From assembly GCA_964016885.1 (NCBI GenBank), contig OZ024741.1, positions 182,404,001 to 182,468,000 on the forward strand: DNA of 64,000 nucleotides, in the 5' to 3' direction. Numbering within the stretch: position 1 is the stretch's first letter; every line of letters begins with the position of its first letter. This document shows, one piece after another, positions 1 to 13,914 of the stretch. The notes under the pieces are model-generated. The model was not told the DNA's origin. It saw only the letters and a program-made list of their open reading frames with translations, and ran no database searches. Position numbers and translations under genes: made by a program. The stretch is from Eledone cirrhosa (Eukaryota).

Positions 1-1262
1 AGGCAATTAATAGGACGGGGAAGAGCGATCTATAAACAGTCCTGATACAGGTCATCGAAGCTAGAATACTTTATAGGCAATTAATAGGACGGGGAAGAGC
101 GATCTATAAACAATCGTGATACAGGTTATAGAAGCTAGAATACTTTATAGGCAATTAATAGGACGGGGAAGAGCGATCTATAAACAATCGTGATACAGGT
201 TATAGAAGCTAGAATACTTTATAGGCATTAATAGGACGGGGAAGAGCGATCTATAAACAGTCCTGATACAGGTTATAGAAGCTAGAATACTTTATAGGCA
301 ATTAATAGGACGGGGAAGAGCGATCTATAAACAATCGTGATACAGGTTATAGAAGCTAGAATACTTTATAGGCAATTAATAGGACGGGGAAGAGCGATCT
401 ATAAACAATCGTGATACAGGTTATAGAAGCTAGAATACTTTATAGGCAATTAATAGGACGGGGAAGAGCGATCTATAAACAGTCCTGATACAGGTTATAG
501 GAGCTAGAATACTTTATAGGCAATTAATAGGACGGGGAAGAGCGATCTATAAACAGTCCTGATACAGGTTATAGAAGCTAGAATACTTTATAGGCAATTA
601 ATAGGACGGGGAAGAGCGATCTATAAACAGCATTGATACAATTTATAGGAGCTAGAATACTTTATAGGCAAGTGGCTGAGGTGGGAAAAGCGGTCGATAG
701 GCAGCAATGACACAGTTTATAGAAACTACGATACTTTATAGGCAGTAGCTGAGGTGGGAAAATAGTGATCTATAGGCAGCAGCAATAGAGTTTGTAGAAG
801 CTGCGATACTTTATAGGCAACTAACTATTAGTGGAGGGAAATAGTAATTCATAGGCAGCAGTGACACAGTTTGTAGAAACTACGATACTACTAACTATTA
901 ATGGAGGGAAATAGTGATTCATAGGCAGCAGTGACACAGTTTGTAGAAGCTAGAATACTTTATAGGTAACTAACAGTGGGAGAAATAGTGATCCATAGGC
1001 AGCAGTGACACAGTTTGTAGAAGCTAGAATACTTTATAGGCAACTAACAGTGGGAGAAATAGTGATCCATAGGCAGCAGTGACACAGTTTGTAGAAGCTA
1101 GAATACTTTATAGGCACCTAACAGTGGGAGAAATAGTGATCCATAGGCAGCAGTGACACAGTTTGTAGAAGCTAGAATACTTTATAGGCACCTAACAGTG
1201 GGAGAAATAGTGATCTATAGGGAGCAGTGACACAGTTTGTAGAAGCTACGATACTTCATACA
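1..1262. repeat. 74-bp tandem satellite (about 17 units, open at window start)
   Basis: Unit AGGCAATTAATAGGACGGGGAAGAGCGATC...GCTAGAATACTTTAT recurs at 1, 75, 149 and onward. After about 670 a variant unit (TAACAGTGGGAGAAATAGTGATCC...) keeps the 74-bp period (971, 1045). Confidence 0.95.
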
Positions 1263-1374
1263 AATTTCTAAAAGGAGATTATGGTGCTTCATAGAGAACA
1301 GTGGCAGAACTTATATATAAGCTACATTTCATGATAAAGCTGTTGTATTAAGACTGGATCTCTCCCATAATAAT

Positions 1375-1910
1375 TGTTTCTACTTTAAGTACAAGGCCAA
1401 CAATTTTGATGGAAAAAGGAAAGTCGATTAAATCGACCCCAGTGCTTTATTTTATCAACCTCGTAAGGATGAAAGGCAAAGCTTACCTCGGCGGAATTTG
1501 AATTCAGAACATAAAGGGCTGAAACTCTATGTCACAAAGCAGGGTGTCTGACGCTCTACCGATACTGCCAATCCACTTCCCATGATAATTGTTTCTACGT
1601 TAGGCACAAGGCCAGCAATTATCCAGTACATTACTGGTACTTTATTTTATCGACCCCGTAAGGATGAAAGGCAAAGTCAACCTCGGTGAGATTTGAACTC
1701 AGATCGTAAATTCCCATGATAATTGTTTCTACTATTGGCACAAGGCCAGCAATTACTCAGTACATTACTGGTACTTTATTTTATCGACATCGTAAGGATG
1801 AAAGGCAAAGTTAACCTCGGCGCGATTTGAACTCAGAATGGCAAGGGCCGTAACTCTATGCGTCAAAGCATGGCGTCCGACCCTCTACCAATTCTGCCAG
1901 TTCACCTCCC
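1375..1910 (-). mobile_element. Three tandem/partial copies of the tRNA-derived SINE
   Basis: Reverse complement of the SINE body (GGATGAAAGGCAAAGTTAACCTCGGCG..ATTTGAACTCAG) occurs three times. Confidence 0.85.
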
Positions 1911-2453
1911 ATGATAATGAGAGACAACCTTAAATAAGATACTTCCAGCATTGTTGTATAGAGACTGGACGATCTTAGACTAACCAAGACACCGTCGACA
2001 GAAACCAGAACACTTCATAGCAAAACTCTATAGAGAGTAGAGTTTTTGGTAGTAACAGTGCCACTACATACAGAAGCCACAACACATCATACATAGTACA
2101 ACTCTGTAGAGACTGAGTCTTTTCATAGTATCGCACACAGCAGATAGAAGCCACAACAGTTCATAATAAATAAAACTCTATAGAGACTGTGTTTCAAATT
2201 TTCTGATACTTACAACAAGTAGTCAGAACATTTTATAGTACTACTAAGACTTCTCATAAGTATCCACGAGATTTTATAAAATTTCTAAGAATCACCTAGA
2301 CGCGTTTATAATGTCTGTGCGACTGATAGCACGAAATTTTATATCACTAAGAATGACCATAAGAAGTCACGACACTTTATAGAATGTTCGTAACTAATCA
2401 GGAAGGTTTATAGTGTCCCTAAGACTAATCATAAAAATCAGGACACTTTACAA

Positions 2454-2641
2454 CAGGCATGTCAAACTGAGGGTCCCTCGAGGGCCACATGGGTCACATA
2501 TGTGTTGTCTGAGGGCCACACATGACAACTAATTGCGCAAATTACAACTAATTTTTTTGTATTTTAAATTACGAAGATAAAACATGCTCGCGCTGTAAAA
2601 ACCTTTGTGCGGGCCGCAGGTTTGCTTGTAAAGGGCCACAT
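2454..2641. mobile_element. hAT (Charlie-like) MITE fragment
   Basis: Starts CAGGCATGTCAAAC with repeated GGGCC(A/G)CA subterminal motifs. The second TIR was not seen. Confidence 0.5.
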
Positions 2642-3149
2642 TACTAAAACTATCCACGCAATAGTATCAAGAATTTTCCAGCATAGTTACGTCCCTTTAC
2701 GATCTGAGTTCAAATCCCGCCGAGGTTGACTTTGCCTTTCATCCTTACAGGGTCGATAAAATAAAGTACCAGTAATACACTGGGTAATTGCTGGCCTTGT
2801 GCCTAAAGTAGAAACAATTATCAAGAATAAGATTGTTTATAAATAACCACAACATTTTATAGTATCACTAAGACTGCTAGTGTAGCAACAATTTATTCTA
2901 TCATTAACACCGCTAGTAACAATAAAAAAACTTAACCAGCCCATATTAAGTCTATTCTAAGGTATTATTGCCCACCATAGTACTGTATATCTAATAGAAA
3001 AGTCGTTATAAAGTTATAAAAGTCATGTAGAACTGGTTATAGAGGTAGTTGCCATCGACAGTTAATAGCCAGATAAACATTCGATAGATGAAACTAAGTT
3101 TATAGTCAATGTTAACAGTATGTGTATATAGAAAACGATTAATAGGGTA

Positions 3150-3970
<821 letters not shown>

Positions 3971-4019
3971 ACAATAACAATATCAACAACAGCAACTGAC
4001 GTAAACAACAATAACAACA

Positions 4020-4198
4020 ATAACTAATAAAAGTCAACAACATTGCAATAACATCAGCAGCAGCCAAGTAAACAACATCAGCAGTAGTAGCACTAACAGC
4101 AGCAACAACAGCAGTAACAGTGTAATAGCGGCACCAACAGCAACAGTAGTAGCACTAACAACAACAACAACAACACCAACAGCAACAGTAGTAGCACT

Positions 4199-4229
<31 letters not shown>

Positions 4230-5288
4230 GTAGTAACAACAACAACAGCAACAGTAGTAGCACTAACAACAACAGCAGCAACAGCAACAGCAACAGTAGT
4301 AACAGCACCAACAGCAACAGTAGTAGCACTAACAACAACAACAACAACAACAGCAGCAACAGTAGTAACAGCATCAACAGCAACAGTAGTAGCACTAACA
4401 ACAGCAGCAACAACAACAACAGCAACAGTAGTAACAGCACCAACAGCAACAGTAGTAGCACTAACAACAACAACAACAACAGCAATAACAACAGCAACAG
4501 TAGTAACAGCACCAACAGCAACAGTAGTAGCATTAACAACAACAACAACAACAACAACAGCAACAACAGCAGCAACAGCATCAACAACAGCAGTAACGTT
4601 GTATTAGCACTACTAACAGCAACAGTAGCAGCACTAACAACAACAACAACAACAACAGCAACAGTAGTAACAGCACCAACAGCAACAGTAGTAGCACTAA
4701 CAACAACAACAACAACAACAGCAACAACAACAACAACAACAGTAGTAACAGCACCAACAGCAACAGTAGTAGCATTAACAACAACAACAACAACAGCAAC
4801 AACAACAGCAACAACAGCAGCAACAGCATCAACAACAGCAGTAACGTTGTATTAGCACTACTAACAGCAACAGTAGCAGCACTAACAACAACAACAACAA
4901 CAACAGCAACAGTAACAACAGCACCAACAGCAACAGTAGTAGCACTAACAACAACAACAACAACAACAGCAACAACAACAACAACAGTAGTAACAGCACC
5001 AACAGCAACAGTAGTAGCATTAACAACAACAACAACAACAGCAACAACAACAGCAACAACAGCAACAGCAACAGTAGTAACAGCACCAACAGCAACAGTA
5101 GTAGCACTAACAACAACAGCAACAACAGCAACAGCAACAGTAGTAACAGCATCAACAGCAACAGTAGTAGCATTAACAACAACAACAACAACAGCAACAA
5201 CAGCAGCAACAGCATCAACAACAGCAGTAACGTTGTATAAGCACTACTAACAGCATCAGTAGCAGCACTAACAACAACAACAACAACA

Positions 5289-5343
<55 letters not shown>

Positions 5344-5610
5344 CAGCAGCAGTAGTAATAACACCACCAATAGTAAAAAAAACACCAACAACAGCAGCAG
5401 CAAAGCTAGCAATAATCACAACAGCAGTGGTAGCAGCAACTAATAGCACCAGTAACCACATCAACAACAACATTACCACTACCACTACCACTACCACTAC
5501 TACTACCACTACCACTACCACTAACAACATCACTACTACTACCACTACTACTACCACTACCACTAACAACAACATCAACTGCAACAACTTTACCAAAACC
5601 AATAATTACT
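4020..5610. repeat. Compound CAA/CAG/TAG trinucleotide array with higher-order repeat
   Basis: Marker GTAACGTTGTAT recurs at about 4592, 4840 and 5226. The array ends in (CAG)n and (CTA/CCA)n. Confidence 0.9.
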
Positions 5611-5906
5611 AGTACTACGACTACACTTTGTTTCTTATGCACACATACACACTCACATAGTCGTGTCTCCATAATCTAATTTAAGAAGCATAAAAAATAA
5701 ATTATAATCCGTTAATTAACTAATTAATTGAATAATTAATTAGTTAATTAGAATAATTATAAATTACCGTAATCGTAAATATATATTTCTTCAAAAAATT
5801 AAAGTGAAAAAAAAACAAACAAAAAATTACACGGAAAAACGTAATAATTATTAATAATAATAAAAATAATAATAATTTCTAAGTATTTTTTAAAAAAAAA
5901 AGCTAA

Positions 5907-5946
<40 letters not shown>

Positions 5947-5963
5947 ATATAAAGTAAACAAAA

Positions 5964-6171
5964 ATGGCGACGAACGAGGATTCGAACTCACAAGGAGTGG
6001 TCCGTACTTCTCTGACCACGGATACAGCTCGGACAAGGCAGAGGTACACTGAGGAAAGAGTACAGATTATTGTGGAGGAGAAACACGGTCCACTTTACAA
6101 TGCCATACCATGTATGCCTCTCCCTCTTGCTATAATACTGTGTATATTCAATATTTGTATACCTGGATTTG
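5964..6171 (+). CDS. stum: First coding exon of protein stum homolog (SPEC3/stumble family membrane protein)
   Basis: ATG in AAAATGG context. Translation ...IIVEEKHGPLYNAIPCMPLPLAIILCIFNICIPGF(G) matches the STUM motif recalled from human ([34 protein letters not shown]). Ends at canonical donor G|GTAAGT, phase 1. Confidence 0.9.
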
Positions 6172-6309
6172 GTAAGTACTCCTGACTCTTTTCTACTATT
6201 GTTTAGTTTCAGGTGATTTCGGAATGTTTGGGCGTGGTGTCAGGGATCGGAAGTTTTGTGTTTTTGTGGTTTGCCTGTCGAATTTGAAGTTTGGGGTTAG
6301 AATTTTTTT

Positions 6310-6563
6310 AGTTTGGGTTTGGATTTGATGTTTATGCCTTGTATCTGATTTCGGGTTTAAATATTATGGGTTTGGATTTTCGGATTTGGGTTTGAGTATT
6401 TCAGGGAATATAATATTTAAAACCTATAATATTTAAAACCTATAATATTTAAAACCTATAATATTTAAAACCTATAATATTTAAAACCTATAATATTTAA
6501 AACCTATAATATTTAAACCCGAAATCAGATACAAGGCATAAACATCAAATCCAAACCCAAACT
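6310..6563. repeat. About 58-bp inverted duplication enclosing a 16-bp tandem repeat
   Basis: 6310-6368 is the reverse complement of 6506-6563. (TATAATATTTAAAACC)n lies at about 6409-6518. Confidence 0.9.
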
Positions 6564-7091
6564 ATATATATATGTGTATATATATATGTGTATATATAGA
6601 TATAGATATATTCGAGGACTATTGTGTTTTTTTTATTTTGGAGCATTTGAAAACTGTGATTTGAATTTTGGATTTGGGGGTTGGATTTCGGGTCTGGTTT
6701 GGTGGGTTTGTGTTTGGGTCTTGACTTTTCGAGCTTAATTGGAGTTGGGGGTGGGTGCATTTTATGTTTAGGCTGTGAGTTTTCATTTTAAACTTGTGGG
6801 TTTGCGAGATAGGATTTATTATTTTTTCGTTGTTTTGTGGGGAAGAAGAGTTGTAAAATAAGATTAAATGTCTAATATAAGGTATTGTTAATGCTGGAAT
6901 GTTGTAGTGTGTTATTATTATATTATTTAAAGTACCAGTAATGCACTGGGTAATTGCTGGCCTTGTGCCAAAAGTAGAAACAATTATTATATTATTTAAA
7001 GAGGAACATTTTCCTAAAATGATTATATTTACATTAGACCAGTTTATAGGATAAATCCAGGGTGATACTATATAGGGTAGCCTGGAATAAG

Positions 7092-7133
7092 ACACCTGAA
7101 GATGATCGGAGATAAACCCGATCGAAATGTTGT
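7092..7133 (+). ncRNA. Minimal type I hammerhead ribozyme motif (PLE-type, degenerate)
   Basis: CTGAAGA-t-GATCGG-agataaac-CCGATC-GAAA-tgttgt. Confidence 0.55.
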
Positions 7134-7232
7134 ATAGTTATAAATATTGTAAATATACACTCTAAGTATAATGTACATGTGTACACATAAATATTGTACA
7201 TATAAATATAATGTACATGTGTACATATAAAT

Positions 7233-7281
<49 letters not shown>

Positions 7282-7565
7282 CGACTTTATGCTGTTTTCG
7301 TCACACACACACACATGCACACACAAACACACATATATGTATATGTATCTATCTATCTCTCTCTCTATATATATATATATAAAAACATAAAGTCGTATTA
7401 GTTTCACGCATAAAAGTTACACAGCCAATGTATCGGACATTTACCCTTCATCATAAAAAACACCGCTCAGAGTGTTGAAAAGGCAAAATACAAAAGGAAA
7501 AAATGCAAAGAAAATAAAGAAATAAAAAAATTAATAAAATTGTGTATATTTGTATATATATATAT

Positions 7566-8179
7566 GGTAACATGTATCCCAGTACAACCTGTCTCATGGT
7601 CGGGTCGTTGGCGACTAAACTGGCAACCCCACCAAGGTTTCTTGGTGAGGAGGGTGACTTTGGACATCCTGCAGGACTAAAAACAAAACCTGTCAAAGGG
7701 CAAAGGAGCTCTTAAGAGTCAATGGCCATCCAAAATCACCGGGAGAGATGACCCCTTTAGCCTTAGTCAAGGCAGAATTCTAGGAGAAGGAAAACTCTGA
7801 TATAACACCTGCAACCCTGATGGTATCCAATGATGTTGACTTGTTCTTCTTTTTGGTAAATAGCATCTTGGTTAAGAGAGTGGGACTGGCTTTGTGCAGT
7901 GCCTTTGCTCACTATAAAAGCTTCACGGCACAGGCATTGCTTTATATCTGGAGATCTCTCTGCACTTGTCCTCACATGGGCCCAGCACTATGTGTCAATA
8001 ATTGTCCTACCATGGGCCTAGCACTATGTGTCAATAGTTGTCACAGGTGTAGTGTTTGTACCAGAGGTTTCAAGTCGCTGGCTGGACTAAAAAGTCACAC
8101 TCGTTCAGCGCTTCGGTAGGGGTTATCCTACATGGATGTAAAGTAGTGGCCGTACTCGAAAACGAGTTGGCAGCCACCA
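7566..8179 (+). mobile_element. Bipartite non-autonomous RTE-derived retroelement (family A)
   Basis: RTE 5'-UTR-like motif CTAGGAGAAGGAAAACTCTG; C-terminal C2H2-type remnant [17 protein letters not shown]; 3' stem-loop GGCCGTACTCGAAAACGAGTTGGCAGCC; flanked by (TA)n. Confidence 0.75.
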
Positions 8180-8275
8180 TATATATATATATACACATAT
8201 ATATATATATACACATATATATATATATACATACATATATATATACATATACATATATATATATATATATATATC

Positions 8276-8453
8276 AGAAAGGGTGTGGTAAAATACCAGG
8301 TTCACCATAACGCACCAGAGTACTCGATACTTGGTGTAGTAGAGTGGGTAATAGGAAGAGAGTCAGGACCCCGACGGCTGAGCTCCGGTCGTTTCGACAA
8401 CTATATCCGAACTATCGAAACGGCCGGAGTTCAGCCACCGGGGTCCTGAATCT

Positions 8454-8457
<4 letters not shown>
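8276..8457 (-). mobile_element. Fold-back HHR-3'-half element (family F)
   Basis: Inverted arms GGACCCCGACGGCTGAGCTCCGGTCGTTTCG / CGAAACGGCCGGAGTTCAGCC..GGGGTCC. Homologous to 10346, 25152 and 29266. Confidence 0.7.
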
Positions 8458-8484
<27 letters not shown>

Positions 8485-8552
8485 AAGAGAGAGAGAGGGG
8501 GGGGAGAAAGAGAGGGAGAGAGAGAGTGAGAGAAAGAGAGAGAGAGAGGGTG

Positions 8553-8610
<58 letters not shown>

Positions 8611-8762
8611 AGATATAGATACACTTCAAAGAAAGTGTTAATGATCTGAAAAATGATATAATTTTTAAAAATTATTGTTATCCAAACTTTTATTTCCGTC
8701 GACTAAAGTGGGTGATAGCTCTCACATGCAATAGATGCAATATAAGTATTATTATTTTTATA

Positions 8763-9243
8763 TTGGCAGTATTGGTAGAGTGTCGGATGCCATGCTTTGG
8801 CGCATAGAGTTACGGCCCTTGCCATTCTGAGTTCAAATCCCGCCGATGTTAACTTTGCCTTTCATCCTTACGGGGTCGATAAAATAAAGTACCAGTAATA
8901 CACTGGAAATTGCTGGCCTTGTGCCTAACATAGAAACAATTATTTTTATCCCATCGGGGTTAGCTTTGCTTTTCATCCTTACGGTGTCGATAAAATAAAG
9001 TCCCAGTAATGCACTGATCGATTTAATCGACTTTCTCATCCCTCCAAATTATTGGCCTTGTACCTAAACCAGAATCCATTACTATTGAGAGTGGTAGATT
9101 GGCAGTATCGCTAGAATGTCAGAGAACATGCTCTGTGGCATAGAGTTACGCCCCTTTATGTTCAGAGTTCAAATCCCGCCAAGGTTAGCTGTGCCTTTCA
9201 TCCTTACAGGGTCGATAAAGTAAAGCACCAGTAATGCACTGGT
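8763..9243 (+). mobile_element. Cluster of tRNA-derived SINE copies
   Basis: A-box-like TGGCAGTAT(T/C)GGTAGAG, B-box GAGTTCAAATCCC, core CCTTTCATCCTTACGGGGTCGATAAAATAAAGTACC. Confidence 0.85.
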
Positions 9244-9633
9244 AATAATCAGGAACTGATTATACAGAGCGGTTGCCGGTCCAGCAAAAATTGAAAATTA
9301 GAATTGGTGCTCTGAAATAGCGATATATATATATATATGAATGTATAATCAGTTCCTGATTATTACTGGAATTCTATAAGAATCCAACATTCCTAATTTT
9401 CAACAAGCAAGGGGAGTGCTAAGCTCTGAGGAATACCAACAGTATGAAACAGAGATCTGTCAGCTTATCTCCCTTTGTTTGTTGAAAATAGAAGTAAGTG
9501 ACATAGCCACTACTTTAAAACAATACCGTAAGGTCTTCAAATTGCTTTTAATTAAGCATACAGTGTATTGCAAATTACACTATATACACATTCATATATA
9601 TATCGCTATTTCAGAGCACCAATTCTAATTTTC
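9240..9633 (+). mobile_element. Retrozyme-like unit with 5' inverted segment, related to the 310-bp array
   Basis: Shares GCTATTTCAGAGCA, GGACCGGCAACCGCTCT, CAGTTCCTG, TTCTATAAG and GGTCTTCAAA with 35816-36865. 9240-9340 is an inverted partial copy. Confidence 0.8.
9421..9466 (+). ncRNA. Type I hammerhead ribozyme
   Basis: Stem I AAGCT/AGCTT, core CTGAGGA, stem II ATAC-caaca-GTAT, GAAA, stem III ACAGA-ga-TCTGT, cleavage triplet GTC (9459-9461). Extended stem I ATTTTCAACAAGCAAGGGGA/TCCCTTTGTTTGTTGAAAAT. Confidence 0.85.
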
Positions 9634-9825
9634 ATATATATATATATGACTATCCAAGGAAAACTTGAACCGTTAAGGTATTTTTCTTGGTTATGTCAAA
9701 ATTTATAATACACGGTCCGTATTTTATCTGATGAAAGCGTACCAAAGTTTTGGTACCCACCCTTGAAATATATATATAATAGAATAAATATGGTTTTATA
9801 AATATAGTTTCCATTTATTTAATAT

Positions 9826-9867
<42 letters not shown>

Positions 9868-9870
<3 letters not shown>

Positions 9871-10165
9871 AATAAAAGGAATTCCAATTTTGTCTGATTT
9901 ACTCGTTTTATTTACAATCCTTTAAAATTATAATGATATTATAATAAAATAGTATGCTAGAATATTAAGTGTTAAGTGTTAATTGAACTAGTACTTTCAT
10001 GCTTTCAACTGTTGAAAATTGTAAACTTGACTGTCACCACTGAATAAGCAATTAACACTTAACATTTAATATTCTAGCATACTATTTCATTATAATATCA
10101 TTATAATTTTAAAGGATTGTAAATAAAACGAGTAAATCAGACAAAGTTAGAATTCCTTTTATTAA
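9868..10165. repeat. Long inverted repeat between (TA)n tracts
   Basis: About 9868-9985 is the reverse complement of about 10050-10165. Confidence 0.85.
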
Positions 10166-10196
10166 TATAATCTTCTATACACAATCATACACACCC

Positions 10197-10583
<387 letters not shown>

Positions 10584-11593
10584 ATATATATATATATACA
10601 TACATGCACACGTCGTGCGCGCACAGACATAGTATTTGAAAATAAATAAAGCCCTCCCTGCTTAAAGTCTTCTATCCTATTCGCTCCCAACACTAGTTGT
10701 CTGAGACAGTTAATACTTACAGTGTCTTTTATACTAGAATTTAAAAGCAACCTTCCGCTGAAGTTTCATCACCACTAGAAAAAAACACAACAATGGAACA
10801 TTCTCTCCAGATTCGACTGTTTATGAGATTAACCATATTTATTTCAAGGCCAGTAAATTTGGGTGGTGGAATGGGGTCAATCAAATCGACCCTACTACTT
10901 AACTGGCACTATATTTTATCGACTCGGTTAGGATGAAAGACAAAGTACGGCTACTACCTGATTCTTCTAAAAACTTGCTGACTTTGTGCCCCACTTCCTT
11001 TCTTAAACTTATTCAATACACACGCACGCACCTTCTCATGCACACGCCCACTCTCTCACTCATATATATCTATAAATATATACCTTTAAAACACACACAC
11101 GTTTAAACATACACATACACGCACACAGAATATCAACACTAATACACACACATTTCACATGCGTTCCTAAATAGTTACCAAGACTCGCTAACAGTTTGTC
11201 TTGTTTACTCTCATTATTTTCGTTTTTTATCGGCAGTATCTGTGGAGCGTCAGACATCATGCTTTGCGGCACAGAGTTATGGCCCTTTACGTTCTGAGTT
11301 TAAATTCCGCCGAGGTTAACTTTGTCTTTCGTCCTTACAGGGTCGATAAAATAAAGCACCAGTAATACATTGGGGTAATTGCTTGCCTTGTGCCAAAAGT
11401 AGAAACAATTATTTTCGTTTTTTTTTACTTAGACTATCTTTTATTTTCTGTATCTACCCTTTGTGATCCTGTCTCTATTTTTGTACTCCTGAAGAAGGGC
11501 TAAACCCCGACATGTCAAACTTTCTTTCTCCTTTTCCATATAAAGCGTGAAACTAAATAAGACTTTTTGTACCTGTTTTGTCGTTTCCTTGAA

Positions 11594-11635
<42 letters not shown>

Positions 11636-12148
11636 ATACACGCACATTAACGCATCCATCCACACACACACACACAACACACATTCTCACACACTAACAG
11701 AGCTGGACTTACCTGTAAGCTAAATTATGGCCTTTTACATTCTGAATTCAAATCCTGCCGAGGTTAACTTTGCCTTTCATCCTAACGAGTTCGATAAAAT
11801 AAAATATCAGTAATGCACTGGGTAATTGCTGGCCTTGTGCCAAAAATAGAAATAATATTATAACAACATGACCCTCCCCAAATATAACAATATTTGTTTG
11901 AACACACGATTTCATATCAAAAACCTTGCACAACAAATTTATCGCCGTCATAATGTAATTATTGATTCCTTCCAATTGCTATTTCTCTGTCTAGAACTGC
12001 ATTTAAAAAAGTCATGTCTCAATCCCGGAGTTTTATCAGGCTATAGTTAAACGCTGGTTTCATAGGCTTCACGCCTCCCTCGTGGAATGGACGTCAGTCC
12101 ACCACAGAGTTAACCTCCAGCCGGTACACAATTTCTCATATATACATA

Positions 12149-12599
12149 CAGGGTGGTCCGAAAGTCTTGTCACCCCCTACCAAAAAGTAATGAGAAACAG
12201 TTTATGTTCCCATCGCAGTATCGTCCTCTTCGGAGGAGCTGCTTCGCCGAATCTTGCAGTGAAGTCATGTCGCACATCCTCCATGCTCTTGCCCAGAATG
12301 CACACGATCATATGTCCGTACACTTCCAAACTATAGGAGCTCTGAAATAGAAAATTATATTATTAAAAGACCCCGTAAGGATGAAAGGCAAGGTTAATCC
12401 CGCCGAGTTTAACTTTGCCTTTCATCCTTACTGGGTCGATAAAATAAAGTACCAGTAATGCACTGAGTAATTGCTGGCCTTGTGCCAAAAGTAGAAACAA
12501 TTATTATTAATGATATTATATATTATATTATTAAAACAAAAAACAATGAAAGTTAAAACAATATGTGACAAGGGGTGACAAGACTTTCGGACCACTCTA
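12149..12599. mobile_element. Tc1/mariner-type MITE with nested SINE fragments
   Basis: TIRs CAGGGTGGTCCGAAAGTCTTGTCACCCC / GGGGTGACAAGACTTTCGGACCACTCTA with TA on both sides. Confidence 0.85.
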
Positions 12600-13021
12600 T
12601 ACATTCACAGAAGTGTGGATGGACATCCGGTTCACTTAAAAACATTGAGAAAATTCGAAATTCGAAATGCAGTCTTCCCAACAATAATAGTTGATCATTG
12701 TAAATAATGGATGAGTAAATCGGTTAATATAATAAAGTAGAAGTCTTAATTTAATCAAAATTAATCAATTTTGTATGTATGCATGATTGTATTATGTATG
12801 TATATATGTAGGCATGTATGTACGTACGTACGTATGTATGTATGTACGTACGTATGCATGTATGTATGTATGTATGTATCATGTATGTATCTATATACAT
12901 ACATGCCTACATGCATGCATGCATGCATGTAGGCATGCATCCATCCATCAATACATACATACATACGTAAGTACCTACCTACCTACATACATACATACGT
13001 AAGTACATACATACATAATAC

Positions 13022-13631
13022 ATGGTGGCTGCCAACTCGTTTTCGAGTACGGCCACTACTTTATATCCATGTAAGAGAACCCCTACCGATGCACTGAACG
13101 AGTGTGACTTTTTAGTCCAGCCAGTCACTTGAAAACTCTGGTACAAACACTACACTTGTGACAATTATTGACACATAGTGCTAGGCCCATGGTAGCATGT
13201 GACGACAAGTGCAGAGAGATCTCCAGATATAAAGCAATGCCTGTGCCGTGAAGCTTTTATAGTGAGCAAAGGCACTGCACAAAGCCAGTCCCATTCTCTT
13301 AACCAATATGATATTTACCAAAAAGAAGAACAAGTCAACATCATTGGATACCATCAGGGTTGCAGGTGTTATATCAGAGTTTTCCTTCTCCTAGAATTCT
13401 GCCTTGACAAAGGCTAAGGGGTCATTTCACCCGGTGATTTTGGATAGCCATTGACTCTTAAGAGGTCCTTTGCCTTTTGACAGGTTTTGTTTTTAGTCCT
13501 GCAGGATGTCCAAAGTCACCCTCCTCACCAAGAAACCTTGGTGGGGTTGCCAGTTTAATCGCCAACAACCCGACCATGAGGCAGGTTGTACTGGGATACA
13601 TGTTACCAGTAGCACCAACTGGTGACCTGAC
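13022..13631 (-). mobile_element. Bipartite non-autonomous RTE derivative (family A), apparently full length
   Basis: Near-identical to 7566-8179. 5' end TCAGGTCACCAGTTGGTGCTACTGG. Both flanks (TACA)n. Confidence 0.8.
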
Positions 13632-13914
13632 ATACATACATACATACATACATACATACATACATACATACATACATACATACATACATACATACATACA
13701 TACATACATACATACATACATACATACATACATACATACATACATACATACATACATACGTACGTACGTACGTTCGTTCGTTCGTACGTACGTGCATGAG
13801 TTTTATTTTATTTTTCAACTTTGTATCTGTGCTGCATATATTGAAAGTCAATTATATTAATTTTCGTTGTACAACAAGAACAAGAATAAGACCACAACAA
13901 CAACAACAACAACA

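Noticed and set aside
1-670. CRISPR-like regular repeats
   Set aside because: Whole units repeat with no unique spacers; eukaryotic context; no cas genes.
4020-5610. Poly-T/Q/N/S coding potential upstream of stum
   Set aside because: The higher-order period (248 bp) is not a multiple of 3, stops recur, and I saw no splice link to the stum exon.
8033-8119. C2H2 zinc-finger host gene exons (also 46320-46390)
   Set aside because: They lie at a fixed position in a multi-copy retroelement next to its 3' stem-loop, so are RTE C-terminal remnants.
13540-13631. Canonical HDV-like ribozyme at the 5' end of the RTE derivative
   Set aside because: GGCGACTAA-type motif is suggestive, but I could not build a consistent P1/P2/P3/P1.1 fold by eye. 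Kept only as a structured 5' end.
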